NCBI GenBank assembly: GCA_051362555.1
Contig: CM120643.1
Location: 23,750,848 to 23,814,847, forward strand
From: Lingula anatina
Lineage: Eukaryota; Animalia; Brachiopoda
Reading direction: 5' to 3'
DNA length: 64,000 nucleotides
Positions 26,101 to 40,989 of this stretch are shown here, piece by piece (the first letter of the stretch is position 1; every line of letters starts with the position of its first letter). The notes under the pieces are model-generated. The model searched no databases. It had not been told where the DNA came from and saw only the letters and a program-made list of their open reading frames with translations. The translations under genes were made by a program, and so were the position numbers.

Positions 26101-29100
26101 CGGTCTAATGGCAAGCACAAAGTTCAGAGTCTTTTCCACGAAATCGTGAGCATGCGCAGTTCGCGCCATTTTGTGCGGGACTGTTTCTCAGGGGGAAAGA
26201 GTAGAAGGGGCCTTCGGTACTTTTGTAGTATACCCCCCCACCCCACCCTGTAACTTTCTGTAACTTTCACTTTTCAAACAGTTTTTTACATTTTATTGTT
26301 TATCTATGTCAAAGCTGTTGAAATAAAATGCTTTTGTAATTACCTGTGGACTTTTTATTAGTGTTATTCACGTTTAATCCAGCCCATTGAAATACAAAGT
26401 TAGAATCGTCAATTTACACCCGCAGTCAATAACTTGCCGCATTTTCGTTGGCTAACCCTAAGGTAATTTTATGTGAACAAGTAGCTCATAATAATTTCAC
26501 AGAGGAAATCCAAGTATACAATGTATCAATCCTATGTTCACATAAAATAAGGTAGAGTTAGCCAACGAAAACGCAGCAAGCTGCGGTTACATTGTAAATT
26601 TTCACATTGTATTTCAATGGGGTGGATTAAACGTGATTAAAACTAATAAAAAGACCACAGGTAATTACAAAAACGTTTTATTTCAACAGCTTGACATAGG
26701 TGCAAAAGACACTGTAAAAAAATGTTTGAAAAGTGAAGGTTTCAGGAAGTTACAGGGTGGGGGGGTATACTACAAAAGTACCGAATGTCCTATCTTTGCT
26801 GTCGATGAGGTACGTTTTTAGTTCTTTCATTGAAAAGTCATCAGGTACTTCTGCTAAATTTCTATTCCAAGTGCTCCCATGAATGTGTTTTCGAAAAAAA
26901 TCAGGTGTTAACATGTTACGAAACTGAAAATTCAGATTGAAATGAGCACTCCTCGATATGGCGTCCGTCGTGTACACTCCACACTTTCCCCCTGAAACAT
27001 AAATCCCGCAAAATCTCGCGTTCCCACGGATAATTTAGCGGAAGTTACGTGACCGTGGAAAAGACTCTATTGCGATAACCGCTGTTAAAAAGTGTTTGCC
27101 TGAATTTTTTCTCTACAAGAGTCATTCCAAATGATGTGAACCTAATATTTTGTGTTGCAGTATGGATATTTTTAAGAACGTGGATACATAAGCTGTTTGT
27201 TTGAAAATGCACGACAATTAACTGCCGTGTTATATTGGAACCCATTGTGAAACCCTGTTTTTTATCTGCCTAATTTGACAAAAAAAGCCCTTACATGTTT
27301 GTGATCTTCCTCAAGTAATTCCTAGCATTTTCCATACTCGCTAATTGGAATCGCCAGGTACAGACTTCATATCTGGTCTCTTTATACTTATAACCTAAAA
27401 AAATACAGCTTGACCCACAGGTTACTCAAAAATGAATTTACGAAGATTTAAGACAACAAATAAACCCCACGACCGGTAAATTTGATCAATTATGGCTGTC
27501 ACCGTAATGGGACATCGATGCCCAAGAGTCCACTCAATGTTATAAAAATGATGTATCGCACCGTTAAAGCAGGATGCCCAGAACGGAAACGCTGTTATTG
27601 CCTTAACACGATAACAAAGACATAGTGATTTATGAGACAGAGATGATTATCATTAGAGCCTGATTTTATATCTTAATCCCGATGAGTAATCGTTTTCTAG
27701 AAACCAATATTTGTGCTTGTTGTGATTTTAGATCATTCATTTGTGACTGATTGGGGGTTTATTTTTTACTGATTACCGTACGTACGTCACAGGTACGTAA
27801 ATTTGTCTTTCTTGTGTGTCATCACCTTCAATGTTTCAGGTTGAGACGTACATAATACTTTTGTGCATAGGTAAACGCGCATATTTGGGTTTGTTTGTCC
27901 ATATTCCCATGTGTGCGCGCTCGGGAAGGCACGTTAGCACGCATACATATTCACAAACATTCAATTAAGTCCCATATCACCGATCCATGTGAAATTTGTA
28001 GAAATGTATTTTGTCGATGTGGGAAACAGAATTATTAGTTCTGTAATTCTCAAATCAGGTTTTGTTTGAACAAAATTTAAATTTCTATGTAAATATGCTC
28101 ATTCAGAATGAAAAACCATATTCATTATTGTGTCATATCAATGCGTGTGAGTTTCCCTAACAGAGACATTATCTTTTTCTTGTTATATTAAGCTGGAAGT
28201 ATGGGGAGTTCCTAAATTGAACCAGGAGCTCTCGGTTCTTGTTCCGCCGGAAAGTTTGTCACGTTTTTTGATGGAACTGTCTGCATCAAACATCAATTAC
28301 TATATCAAGGTTGACAACTTAGAAAGGTCAGTTGAATAATTTCCTCATTTTTCTCTCTCTCGTTCTCTCTCTTAAGCTTTCTCTCTCTCTCAAAATTAAA
28401 TTAATGCAAATTAATCTCAAATTAATGCATTAATTAAATATTATCTTACAATTGCAATTTTTCTTTTCCATGTGATTATAAAGTGAATCTCCTTTATTAA
28501 ATACAATACAAATATATTTGTATACTTTTACGCCACCAGCTTAATCGACCAAGAAGCAAGAGGGAATGAGATGAAAAAAATGGCGAAAATGTTGTTTTCT
28601 TCACCACAGCAATATATTGTTAACACATATGCAAGGCATGACGAGGTGAGTGCAGTGAAGTGCGGTGATAACTCGATCTTTTCAGTGGGGGAAATTATAA
28701 ATTTTACAGATTCTGTTCTTGTCATAATGTCTTAAAATTAGAACATTCCTATTGAGTGGTATCAACAAAATATTAAAAGAAGCATGGTACTTTATACTTC
28801 TATTCTATCCAGTAAGAGCACCATGAATGCTGTAGGCCCCTATAGAAATATGGTTTTTATGATTATAAAAGAAAGTTTCTGAATGTTTGAAAATTGTTTG
28901 CCCTTTAAAGGATGGAATAATTACCGTAAACATGTATATTTTAAATTGTGTATTGACGTTCAACAGGTGTGCAGATAATGAACTTATGATAAATAAGTAA
29001 TGATGTTCTGTTCGGCAAGTAATACTTTCAAATTACTTCAAGACGAAGGCCATAGGAAAATGATACCTTTTAGTTCATTTATCCGATGTTGAATACATTA

Positions 29101-32100
29101 GATACTTCCTTTAATACTCGCGACTACTCCATATTTCACAAGCCTATAAAACAGTAAACACTAGTTAATTTTTCAAATCACGATTGTGCTGACCTATAAT
29201 ACTTGCCATTTGATGTCATAAACAATCTCTCTGTGTGACCTTTTCTTTTTAAGAATTGTGAGTCTAATATTTTATATGGCGTGATTATGTTTCATTTAGA
29301 TAATTATTTACAAAAATTGTTCACTAATGATTCGTCTAGATATCAACTCCTCTTCATCAATGCAGGTATAAGCAGCTGTGATGGTCTTATTTGCTATGTG
29401 TGTTGATAATTACTTCTCAACACTAGGCTTAATGGGCCCCTATAGTTTTTACCGAAAGAAAAGAACGGAAGGGTTCTTAGGGACCATATCAATAGGAAAC
29501 TGATTACCTTAAATGAAAACTACACGTATACCGCCCTAAAATATCCCGCTCTACCTTTTACATTATGAGTGTATATTTTACTTTTAATTGTTAATATTTT
29601 GAATATCTATGTATTTTAAAAATAGAATTGAATTATTTTAATTGATTAGCATTGATGGATTGCAATTACATCATAAATTTAAATATTCAATCTTTTTGCT
29701 GAATTTTTTAAAGATGAATTATATATATTACGGTTGTTATAAACATGTTTTATTTCATAGATTAATAATTATCTGGACATGATGGCAGAGCAGTACAGCC
29801 CTCTGGCGTCCATTTTCACCGTTGGAACGTCACAGGAGGGAAGACTTATGAAAGGAATCAAGGTATTACACGCATCCAAACTTATGTGAAGATTATGACA
29901 AGAATAATTAACTCGAGCAAATCTCATAGTGTTTTTTTTTCTCTTTTATGTTCTGGAATAAATATGAACATGGTCTTCTTTGATTCTGCACTAAAATTGA
30001 ACATTTTTCCGATCTGATAGAGTCAGAGATATGTGAAGTCTAATGCATATCTACATGGGGGGGAGGGGGGGAGAGGAAGGAGATCTATACAATTGTGTTA
30101 AATTTGTTTCAATTTCTCCTAAATCATTTTTCTCCAGAATTACAGTTTTAACGGCACTAAAACTGTAATTCTGGCTGCTTCTGTGAAGATAATTATCTAT
30201 TCAGATTGGGGGCCAGTCGTCTGGTAACAAGCCTGCGATATGGATAGACGCCGGTATCCACGCACGAGAATGGATTGCACCAGCCACTGCAGTCTACATC
30301 ATCAACGAGGTGAGTTATTAACACGGCAAGTTCACGTGATTTTGATGGCTGAACGAACGAAATCGTAGACAATGTTTAAAGCTGACCAACGCCTCTCCCT
30401 CTCTCTGTCTTTCTCTTTTTCTCTGGGTACTCATCAAAATATATAAATTATGACCATTAACCGTTACATTAAGTTACACAGGTGCTCTAAAATATATGAA
30501 TATATGGAATAGTAATATGTTATCTCCGTGTCTGTTAACCATTTGCTGCACTGATGTAGATGAGATTTCTTCTTTAATTCCTCTCATTGGTTTCCCCCTC
30601 ATTATTTTCAATACCACCACAGCTGCTGAGTTCCTACGAATCCAATGGACTTGTACAAAGCATGGTGGACACATTTGACTGGTACATCCTCCCCGTGGTC
30701 AACCCTGACGGCTATGAGTACTCACACACAACGGTGAGTTTGATTTCAATACAAAACTAAGAATTTGTTTTCAATACATTACAAATCTCTATGAGGGCAG
30801 TCCCATATCTCATTTACATTGTGATTCATGTCCAGAATAAAGTACTAGTATGTGTAAAGAGATTAACTCCACAGTCAAGTAATGTTGTGCCCATGCACGG
30901 CGTGTTCCCGTATTTTTTAAAAATCATTTTCATTTTGATACTGTTTTCTAATTAGGACCGCCTGTGGCGCAAGAACAGGAGTGGCGACGATGCTGACTGC
31001 AACTGTGACGTAAATAATGATCGTAGATGCCGCAAGAGGGCACCATGTTGCGGAACCGATTTGAACAGAAACTTTGGATACATGTGGGACCCACGTGAGT
31101 GTGACTGTTATCTACTTCCCAACATGTGCTCTTACAGTTGTTTGATGCATTGTAAATTTTTTATTTTTTGTCTGTGATATGTAATCTGTCATCAATACGC
31201 ACTAAGTATTTTACATGGACACTTTTGGGAACAAAACGCTTTTTTCCGGACATGGAAACATATATTTAATTCTTACTAATTTTACAAATGTAGGGCAGTT
31301 GACGTCTTAAAACATTGGCTTAATTCCAGCGGTAGTTGCCAGTGATAACAAATGTGAGTCCATATTCCGAGGACGAGCAGCATTCTCTGAAATCGAGGCT
31401 GCGAACGTCAGGGACTTCCTGTCTGATCCCACTCGCAACTTCCAGGTCTACGTCACGCTTCATTCGTATGGCCAACAGTGGCTTCTTACCTGGGGATACA
31501 CCACTGATGTCCGTCCTGACGACTACGATGACCAGGTGATTTAGATAGCCATTTATTCAACAACTTTTCTGTTGAATCCAATTAACCATGTACTAGTATT
31601 ATTAATAGTTTATTCATTTAACATTTTTTATGAGTTTACCATGCATGCTTTTGTCACTGTGCTATACGTCTACTGCTAAATGACCTCTACCACGGTGCAT
31701 CTGCTCTCCTAGCACGATCCTCTCTTTTTGATTGAAAAAGGAGCATTAGATTATGATTACTGACTAATTCTTGAAATACACAGGCCCAGTCAGCAATTTC
31801 AAAAGGAGGGGGAAGTCTTTTTCTGAAAAAGTGGAGCTTTTACCACGAAACCTTCGTGTACCTAGATAAAATTTTAACTAGAGGGACTTTTTTTCGGAAA
31901 TGAGAGAGAGAGAGAGAGAGAGAGAGATTCTAGTGTAGGTTATTTAGAACGGAAAAACAAGGCCTACTTACGCATTTCTGCCTTTAACTTTATACTATTT
32001 CTTCAGATGAGAGTCGCAACCATTGGAGCCAACGCCCTCAAAGCCACCAATGGACTAGATTTCTGGGAAGTCGGCACCTCTGGTGATCTCTTATGTAAGA

Positions 32101-32507
32101 CCCCATCTTCCAGTGCATTTTAAGAATTCATTCCTGTTTCCTTAGTTTGTCTATGATTTGTTGGAATTGGAATTGGAATGTCTTTGGTTCATCTTTAAAG
32201 CATGGATATACATTCTCTTCTCAAACGACCAATGGTGAAAATTATAAATACATGGGAAAGCCATAGTTCAGTACAGTTTGTTGGAATACTTCGACTTATT
32301 TTCTTTTCATTCTTAGATAGCACCTCAGGTGCCTCAGACGACTGGGCAAAAGGTGGCGCTGGCATCAAGTACGCCTTCACTCTGGAACTCCGTCCAAGCA
32401 GCGACAGGGTAGGTTTTGTACTGCCACCCGACCAAATAGACGAGAGCGGTAGTGAAATGTTTGCCGCCATGATGGCCGTGGCTGAGGAAGTGGCAAAGGA
32501 AACATGA
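23150..32507 (+). CDS. Procarboxypeptidase B-like zinc carboxypeptidase (M14A)
   Basis: Exons 23150-23229, 24442-24523, 28193-28326, 28540-28645, 29761-29862, 30205-30309, 30623-30733, 30956-31094, 31330-31535, 32007-32094, 32317-32507. Signal peptide, propeptide, GIHAREW, NPDGY, WRKNR, DLNRNF, LHSYGQ, catalytic ELR; [10 protein letters not shown] places Asp at position 255 (CPB-type). Confidence 0.93.
25366..25640. mobile_element. Short non-autonomous TIR element with 5-bp TSD
   Basis: CAGGGGAGGGTCCAGG...TAAATCCGCCACTG flanked by AAAGG on both sides; same family as 2524-2746. Confidence 0.7.
26126..27068. mobile_element. Foldback / long-TIR non-autonomous DNA element
   Basis: Inverted arms ~26213-26480 vs ~26535-26785, plus outer pairs AGAGTCTTTTCCACG/CGTGGAAAAGACTCT and CAGGGGGAAAG/CTTTCCCCCTG; the right arm has ~190 extra bp. 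Confidence 0.75.
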
Positions 32508-33229
32508 TAATTTGTTGCAAACTGTCAGAGCTCCTATTTTTTTTGGCTCATTTGGAAATGAAAGTTTATTGAAGTAAAGGACAGTCAAACACCAGATATT
32601 GTTATTGTTCCCGTTTCGCACAAAATACCATTCCGTATGTACATGTACCTCAGTAAACGTAGTTGTCTGTTAAATTATCGTTAAGTCATGATCATCGAAA
32701 TGGAATCAAAGTTAGGGATTAATGTGGACAGTTGACAAAGCATTTATTTGCGCTGGTGTATCAGAATACACCACATCTACTGGTAGGCAGAAAAATTTAT
32801 ATCAACAAATACCACGGTGGGATGAATATATTGCTCAAATAGGTAATATTTTTGTAATCCACTCCCAAAATAAATGTAATTTATCTAACTGCCATTTAGT
32901 GTAATTGAAATTGCAAGGAACCAATACAAAGCTTTGATGGCATATTTCAAGTACCCAACTTCAATCCATCCAGCTCGTCTATCCAAAGCAGAATCCGACA
33001 TATTTTAACCACATAACCTCTCACATACATTTATCCCTAATCATATTCTGGGAAATTCTAACTAACCACGTTGCCTATCTATTTGCTTCGCATATGCGTC
33101 AAACAATAAACACATAGAATGCACTTTAAAACATGTTTCTACATATGTAAAATCTATTTTTGTGCGCGTAAGCGTATGCCAATAATTTCTAAGATATATA
33201 TGTGTGAAATTTTTTCCGATGAAACTATC

Positions 33230-36200
33230 TCATGAAGCTACTGGTATTTTATCAAGTGCCTGTTTAAGATCTTCCTTCAGAACGTCCAGGTCTTCAATTC
33301 CGACACTGCAAGAAAACATGCACCGTATTATTGTTTTACAGAACACTTGTTTTTAACTTTTATCACAAGGTTTATAATGGTTCCACTAATAAATCATAAT
33401 AAACGTAAAAAACATCTTTAACACATTATCGTCGTGTCTCCAATCTACATGTTATCAGTATTCCAATCAAGGTCTTGTAGTGCAGTTTGTGCAAACCCAG
33501 TAAAATCAGAAGATCGTCCTTTTCATAGAGATTAAATGGAATTGCACTAACCTTAGCCTAATCAGGGTCTCAGGAAGGTTATACAGCGCGGCACACTCCT
33601 CCCCAGAGATCCACGGACCGTGTGTCATCAGGCTGGCTAGCTCTATGAGACTGTGGACACCGCCAAGGGAGACCGCAAGCTTTATCACTTTTAGATTCTG
33701 AAAAGTACGGATAAGGTTCCGTCATGACGAACTGGTTACCTTTATGAGACAGGACATCATGAAAAGATATGATTATGGAAAAAATATGGAAAAAATTATC
33801 CAAACATGATTGACTGGTAAACTGAGTGTGATTGTGGACACTGCAAACTTCACCACTTTTAGATTTTGAAATACTCAAACATGAACTGATTAGTTTAAAA
33901 GAGATTAGTCATTGCCAGATGATAAGATTATAAAACTTTTGTGGAAAGTTCAAGTATGATTTAAGACCAGGCCATTAACATCGCCATAACATACTCCAGG
34001 TTTGATTGTTCTTATATCATTATGGTTTTGGTATTTGAATTTATTTGTATTCCCTTGTTATAGTATGTGCACACATCCTAAGAATCGATACACCCAGTTG
34101 GAGTTTTTCTTTGAAGTAGAGATACTTTTACCCTTAAAAACATTTGGTCACTTTAGAAATATTGCGGATTTCCCCAAAATCATCAACATAACAGGTTTGC
34201 ATTAAGAACACGTTCTTTACCTCGACAAAACTCTTGGCACATTCCAGTGAACATTTCATGTCGAATGCAATCATGCCTGCGTAAACTTTCATTTGTTTTT
34301 TAGCTGTGTCGTGCTGTGGGTGGGAGGGGAGGCCGGGATACCATACTTGATTTACAATTGGATGGTTCTCCAGGAACTTGGCCAGTCCCAATGCATTCTG
34401 GGAGTGCTTTTCCATTCGAACACCGAGAGTTAGCACTCCCCGGTACAACAGAGAGGCGTCAAAGGGATTCTGTTCGATAGAATGGGAACAAAAATACTAT
34501 AAACAAATGGTAGCGATCAGACGAATAAGAATTGATCATTAAGTATACTACAATGTACAATATTCCTAATATCATATTTGAAGGATTATCAGTGAATTCT
34601 GATTGAAAGCCTTACACTTGAAATCTTGATGACGAATGTGGGTCATGAACTAAACAGGTAATTGGTTTGAAAAATGATACAAAGATTATGCGACATGTAT
34701 CTGTAGAGTTGCGATATCGAATTAGACACCTCGATATTTTTATAGGTAATACTGACAGGTTTATATGTTGGTCAGTTCTTTGGCCACTATACTCACAAGT
34801 CTGTTACCCGCTGTTATGGACATATCTTGGATGACGTCATACAGTTCCTTTGTTCGTGTCGTGGCACATCCACCAAGAAGATCACTGTGGCCGCCCAAAT
34901 ACTTGGTGCTGTAATTAGGCACAGGCAACAGTTTATTGGCTATATAAATACATGTAACAAGTGTGCGGGTATTGATGCTTCTTTGTAAAGCAAAATAATC
35001 AGTTCGCCTACTATCAGAAACCAAAGCAACAGGCTTTTGAAATGTAATATATGGTCCAAATATTTTAAAAGAACAGAAATCAGAGCCTTGACCTGACTGT
35101 TCACGTTCTAAATACTTTCTCTGCCTCTTAATGTCTTACTTACCAACTGTTAAAACAGATGTCCACCCCATGCTTAATAGGCTGCTGGACGTAAGGTCCA
35201 CCAAAGGTGCTGTCCACTACTGTGATCACCCCAGGGAGACTCTGACCAAGTTTTCCAAAGGCATCGAGGTCCAGAATGGTCAATATTGGGTTGCAGGGGG
35301 TCTCCCCGTATAATATCTAGGGGGATATTTGAATTTGACTTGGTTCATTTATTTGTTCATTTGGTGCGATGTTAGGAAGTAAAAGGCAAACAAAGCAAAA
35401 ATGAAATGAAGTGATGTTTTCAACCATTTATCAGACTAACTCAGAGTAAATTTAATGATATTTACATAATTAACCTTTCTTCTATGTTTGGCATGTGATC
35501 GATACCTACTCAAACACCTGTCAGGTAACCGCGTGAACGGAAATGGATGTCAGATTTTAAATAAATGTGACGAAAGATGATCAAAATGATGGTGTGGATT
35601 TAAGACGTGTCAAGGTCAATTTCAAAGTCAATTTTGAATTGTCAATAGACCTTTGAGAGAGTGCCCTTGTTATTAGAGCCCGGCGAGTATGCCCTGCATC
35701 ATACAATGTGACCTTCGATTCCGTAAGTGTCATTTATAATATTGTCAAAAATCTAGACAGCCTCAAAACAATGAGGCAACGCATTTGTGCAGAATAATTT
35801 TACATATCTTTCTTTAATGCTAAATAAGTATCTTGTTACCTTGGTGTTTTCCTTGACGTGTTTCCGGTACATCTCTACGTCACATCCGGCGGGGACCCTG
35901 GTAACTTCTATCTGCATCTTGGGGACCAGAAACTTTCTGATGAAGTTGTCTACACCACTGTAGACTGGGCAGTTCACCACCTACCACGGCAAGGCATAAA
36001 TACACTCCAAATATTTCATTGCAACTATTTAACTTCCATAGATATTGAAAATGGTTGAAAATGGTAAGAATATGGCAAGAAATTGCAGGAATTGTGTACG
36101 CAACTTCTTGGTTTTAGTTAAAGAAGTACTTATTGAAATTGATGACTAGTACATATTTTAAAGTGAGCAAAATTACAAACAGAAAATATGTATGGCAAAT

Positions 36201-38850
36201 ATTTAAAATGAAAGGCATGACCAAATAGCCTACAAAATTGACATCTTGACGATAGTGAAGAAATATAATAAAAGACAACATTTTGTTTCTCACCATGTGG
36301 TCTCCAGGCTTCAGAAAAGCCATGAAAATAGTGGACACGGCTGCCATGCCGCTGCTGAACGCGCAGGTGCCAACCCCGCCCTCTAACTCCTTAATAGCGT
36401 CCTCTGCTACTCTAGATGTGGGACACCCGTGTCGCAGATAGAAATAGCCATCCTGAAGTTATAGAAATGTCATGTTGTAAAGGGTTCCACTAAATAATGT
36501 CCGTTTTTTCTAAAACTCCACTAAAAGTTCAAACTAAATACAATTTTAAATAGAGCATCTGCTGATGAGGATAAAGTCCTTGCTCATTAATGTGATGGCT
36601 AATGGTTATCATACTTTGAGCAATTTACCTTTTCAGTTTAATTTAGAAAATGCAAGAAGGCACTTTTTGAAGGGTACTGCTTGTTTTTACGGAGGAGTGG
36701 TTGCATTTTTTGAACATCTCTACGGATAACCACTTAAAATGAGTTAAACAAGGACCATCCAAGGCTTCCAAACAAATCTGTCGTTAGTAGTATTATAAGG
36801 TGTGTACCAGTATTATGATGTCTTTTACCCAAAGCATATGCCTGTATAGCAGTTTTTAGGACTTTTATGGAGTTGACACAGTTAGGAATCGTCAGGAAAC
36901 CTGATGTGCGTGTGTGTGTGTATATATGTGGTGGTGGGGGAGGGGGGGGGAGGACCATTCAAAAATGTTATAAGCCCCCTCCTTGCGCTTCTGACTTAAT
37001 TACGGGGATTGAAATATCCTTTTTTGGGGGATGGGGGAGCAAGTTATCTCGATCCCAGTCCTCAAATCATTGTGGCAGGCCTTTTATTTACATACCTGTT
37101 CATCAAAGAAGGCTATATCCACGTCTCACAAAATCATCGGTCTTTACTATTCTATATAGCATACACAAAACAAAGGCAAATACTTGTTTGCCGACTAGCC
37201 CGGCCGATAAGAGAAGGGAGTCGGTTTTATTTCTTTCAATTGGAATTCATTAACAAATAATACAATACGTTGTGTGTAATATATATTTGTGCTTTGTTTT
37301 ACTAATAGATTTTTTTTTAATATACCATTTGAGTATCAAACTCAAATAATGACATATTGAATGTACTTAATCTTCTACCGATAAATTAACTTTGAACTCC
37401 GTTATCATTACTATTATTATACATTTCCGAAAAACTGTGCGTAAAACAGATCTCCTTAAGAATAACATGCCGCTCAGTAAAAACCATAGATAAAACTGTG
37501 CATGCGAAACAGTAAAGTCACTATGGAAAACTGTGTCTGTAGCTGCGATGCTAACTTATGCGAATCATCGCCCTATAAAATATAGATGCATGATATTCAG
37601 AGATCTAGAGTGACAGACCTCACTCTGAATTCACAAACCCAAATAAATATTTATAAAATAAATTTTTAGTGTGTCCTAACTGCTAAGCTGTCGGGCTAGA
37701 ACTGAAGTGCTACTGCAAAGTACACCTAATAGTCACACCTGTGACTACTACTCAGCACTGTCACATGCTTGTGACGTAACGCAAAGACAATCATTTTTCA
37801 CTATACGCTGTACCGTGAAAAATATTCAATATCCGCCGTCATTCGGGATGATACAATTTTGACCTAACTTGAGTCAAGTGGAAGAAGAAAAGGGTATTCC
37901 ATAGATCTAGATAACTATAGTGTCATCAGAGTATATATGAAAGGGCAACCGCACACATTGTGACGGTATTCTATTTATCTAACGTATGTTACAAAACGCC
38001 TTTATTTCCGAGGGTAAGGGCATTGAACCAAAGACTGCAATATGCAACCCACAAGTCCCCGTCTTTTGTCAGCACACTTATGACACTTATGACACTTATG
38101 ACTTGCCTAAAGAAATCCACGTTAAACTTTCTACGATGAAGCAAGTGATTTACATTGCTTTAGCCGAGGATGAAAAACTAGTAGCTGGCTGAAATTAAAG
38201 GACTAGTGGTCTAAGCTATTAGCTATTTTACTTCGTGATATTAAATTAAACATGTCGTCACCACTGGTTTATCTTGGGTCAATGTAGATAAAATGCTACT
38301 CCTAGATATTTAGTCTCACTTTCGATGGTAAGATTTCTGTGTTGTCGAACGCTGCATTTAAATTTTCTGAAACATCAGTTCACTAAGTCTAGCCTAAGGT
38401 TTTACCAGCTAGGCACGTAGGAGGCACTTTTGAAAAGGAGAATCGAGAATGGGGCCTACCATTCAGAAAGCGATGGGGATGAGGGAAAACTGGCAGAAAA
38501 ATACGTAGTACTGAATGACTTTTGTAAATATACATTTGGCTTAGGTAAATGGGCAGCGCACCCTCACTTACTGCCTCCTTTCAAGAATAACGAGAATGCC
38601 AGGGGAGGTGGGGAAGGGGTGGGGTGGGGGAGAGGTAAGAAACCCAGATACTAAGCACACGGTTAAGACCCAAATTTGCCTTCCCTGTGCTTTATCTGTT
38701 CTGCTCGTGTTAAACATGACTAAAATGCAGCTTTCAAGCACTTACTTTGTTGATAAGTTCTTCAAAAGTGTCCATTGATTTAACATAGTATGTGGACGCT
38801 TGGTAGATTGGTGGCATTATTGGGGTGCTGTACTTCAGACGATCATCCAT
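33230..38850 (-). CDS. PLP-dependent Cys/Met metabolism lyase (methionine gamma-lyase / cystathionine gamma-lyase family), copy 1
   Basis: Exons 5'->3': 38850-38746, 36452-36294, 35980-35840, 35316-35144, 34908-34797, 34469-34221, 33697-33552, 33305-33230. PPIYQASTY, YLRHGCPT, FSSGMAA, ETPCNP, DSTF, PLP-lysine motif SCTKYLGGHSD, YPGLPSHPQH, AVSLGG, RLSVGIED. True start uncertain. Confidence 0.9.
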
Positions 38851-39520
38851 TGTAAAGTTGTGTATCCTTAATTAACAGCAAAATCCAGCTGATTCCTATG
38901 CTCTTGTTGTCAAAATTCACCGTGAATTAAGCGAGATTTCCAGATACGAGATCTCCAGCCTGTCAACCAACGTGTATCGTGACTGATATACGTGTGTATA
39001 CTTTGTAAAGTAGGCTATCTAATACAACAGAAAAGTGATAAGGGCGATATAGTCCAGCAGTTACAGGCATGTCAAGGTTTTAGTGAAAATATCCATCATA
39101 TATCATATGAGATGTATGTATGTATGACATTTTGCCGTATTGGGATGAAGTCAAATATATTTCCAAGCCTAAGATTGAATTCGATATACATGTATAATAC
39201 ATGATAACTGATATCTGTGTGTGTGCGTTGTAAATTAGGCTATCGCGAACACAACTGACTATGATACGGGCGATATAGTCCAGCAGTTAAGGTTTTAGTG
39301 ACATCGTAAGAGGCAAGCATGAATTTTGTCGGAATCGAGGATAATGTCGAGAAACCGAAGGAAGGGTCAGAACCCCCCCCCCCCCCATGACCCCCTTTGA
39401 AGCAACATCTCACATTTTTTTACTTGGTCACATTTGTACATGTATATATTTCCGCGATATTTCAAACAAATGACTTTTCCAAAGTGCACTCAAGTGTTGT
39501 GCTTGACTCTCTAGATTGAA

Positions 39521-40622
39521 ATTCTTATGCAAGGATTTTATTTATTGACTACAGTTCAGCTTTTAACACAATTGTGCCAAAAAAACTATATCTGAAACTT
39601 TTAAACCATCTTAAGCTACCTGTCTTTATTTGTGACTGGATTTTAGACTTTCTTTTAGATAGAAGACAATCTGTTAAAGTCGGCTCTTTTAGCTCAAAAA
39701 CAACAGTCTTAAATACCGGTGCACCACAGGGATGCGTCCTTTCACCTTGTCTTTACTCCCTTTTTACCTATGATTGTACTAGTGTAAGCGACGGGACTTT
39801 TCTCATGAAATTTGCGGATGATACTACGCTTGTGGGGCTAGTTACTGATAACGACGAGAGTACATATAGAGAATCTGTTGAGTCGGTGTTAAGCTGGTGC
39901 GAGAGTAATGATCTTATCTTGAACGTAGCTAAAACCAAAGAAATGATAGTGGATTTTAGAAGGAATCAGAATGTAAAGGTACCACTCACCATTGGTAATG
40001 TTGAAGTTAGTAGAGTAGAGGAATTTAAACTACTTGGTATACACCTTAACAGTAAATTGAATTGGAAAGATAACACCGCAAAGAGTGTAAAGAAGGCACG
40101 GCAAAGACTGTATTTTTTAAGATCATTGAGAACTTTTACTGATAGCGTGCCTATTTTAGTCAATTTTTACAGGTGTGTAATTGAAAGCATTCTAGTGTAC
40201 GGAATTATAATATGGTATAGCGGAACAGCTGGGGAGGAAAGGAAGAAATTAACAAACGTTGTAAAAACTGCAAGCAGGATTATTGGGCAGGATCTCCCCA
40301 TGCTGGATGATGTTTTTTAAAGACAGGATGGAGAAAAGAATTGTCAACACCATGAAAGACTCTTTCCATCCTGCAACATCTCTTTTTACTTTTTTTACCA
40401 AGCAACAGTAGACTTTTAACTTTTAAAGGCAGTAAACGCTTTTTAAACAGCTTTTATCCAAGTGTAGTGACGCATTTTAATTTTGATCTCAAAACTAAAT
40501 TCTTAATTTATTTATTTATTGTATTATTTTATTATTTTACTCTGTATATTGCTCCAAAAGGAAAATGATTTCCGATTTTTATAATTGGCTAAATAAACTC
40601 TTATCTTATCTTATCTTATCTT
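39521..40622 (+). mobile_element. 5'-truncated non-LTR retrotransposon (Rex1/Babar-L2-like reverse transcriptase) with (TTATC)n tail
   Basis: ORF 39574-40320: DYSSAFNT just upstream, TGAPQGCVLSP, FADD, KTKEMIVDFR, KKARQRLYFLR; frameshifted C-terminus DSFHP...RFLNSFYP; TSD (A)TTGAA at 39515-39520 and 40623-40628; empty site in unit B near 48810. Confidence 0.92.
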
Positions 40623-40989
40623 ATTGAAGGATTTTTCGTAAACCCCTGGACTAAAGAGTGCATGCCCTCTTGTTACTTGTATTTCGGAACGGGAAAAAAA
40701 ACAAACTAATATCTCACATCCAGATTCGATTGTGTTGCCAATTTCTATTTTAAAGGAGAGTGAGGAAACCTAAATATCAAGCAAGCGAAGTCCAACTAAA
40801 CATGTATTTGTGTATTATTAATCGTTCATTCATTAATGTTTTCAAAAGTTTATCGGTCTTTTGTCACTGTACTGTACGCCTACTGCTGAAAAACCTCAAC
40901 CATGGCGTTTCTTCTCTCCTAGCACAATCCTGACTTTTGATTGAAAATTAGCATTACATTTTGATTACTGAGTAATTATTGAATATACA

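Larger units (their letters stand above)
31577..40777. repeat. Tandem segmental duplication, unit A
   Basis: Colinear with 40790-48962 across introns and exons, from the last carboxypeptidase introns to upstream of the lyase; both units end at GAAACCTAAATATC. Confidence 0.9.
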
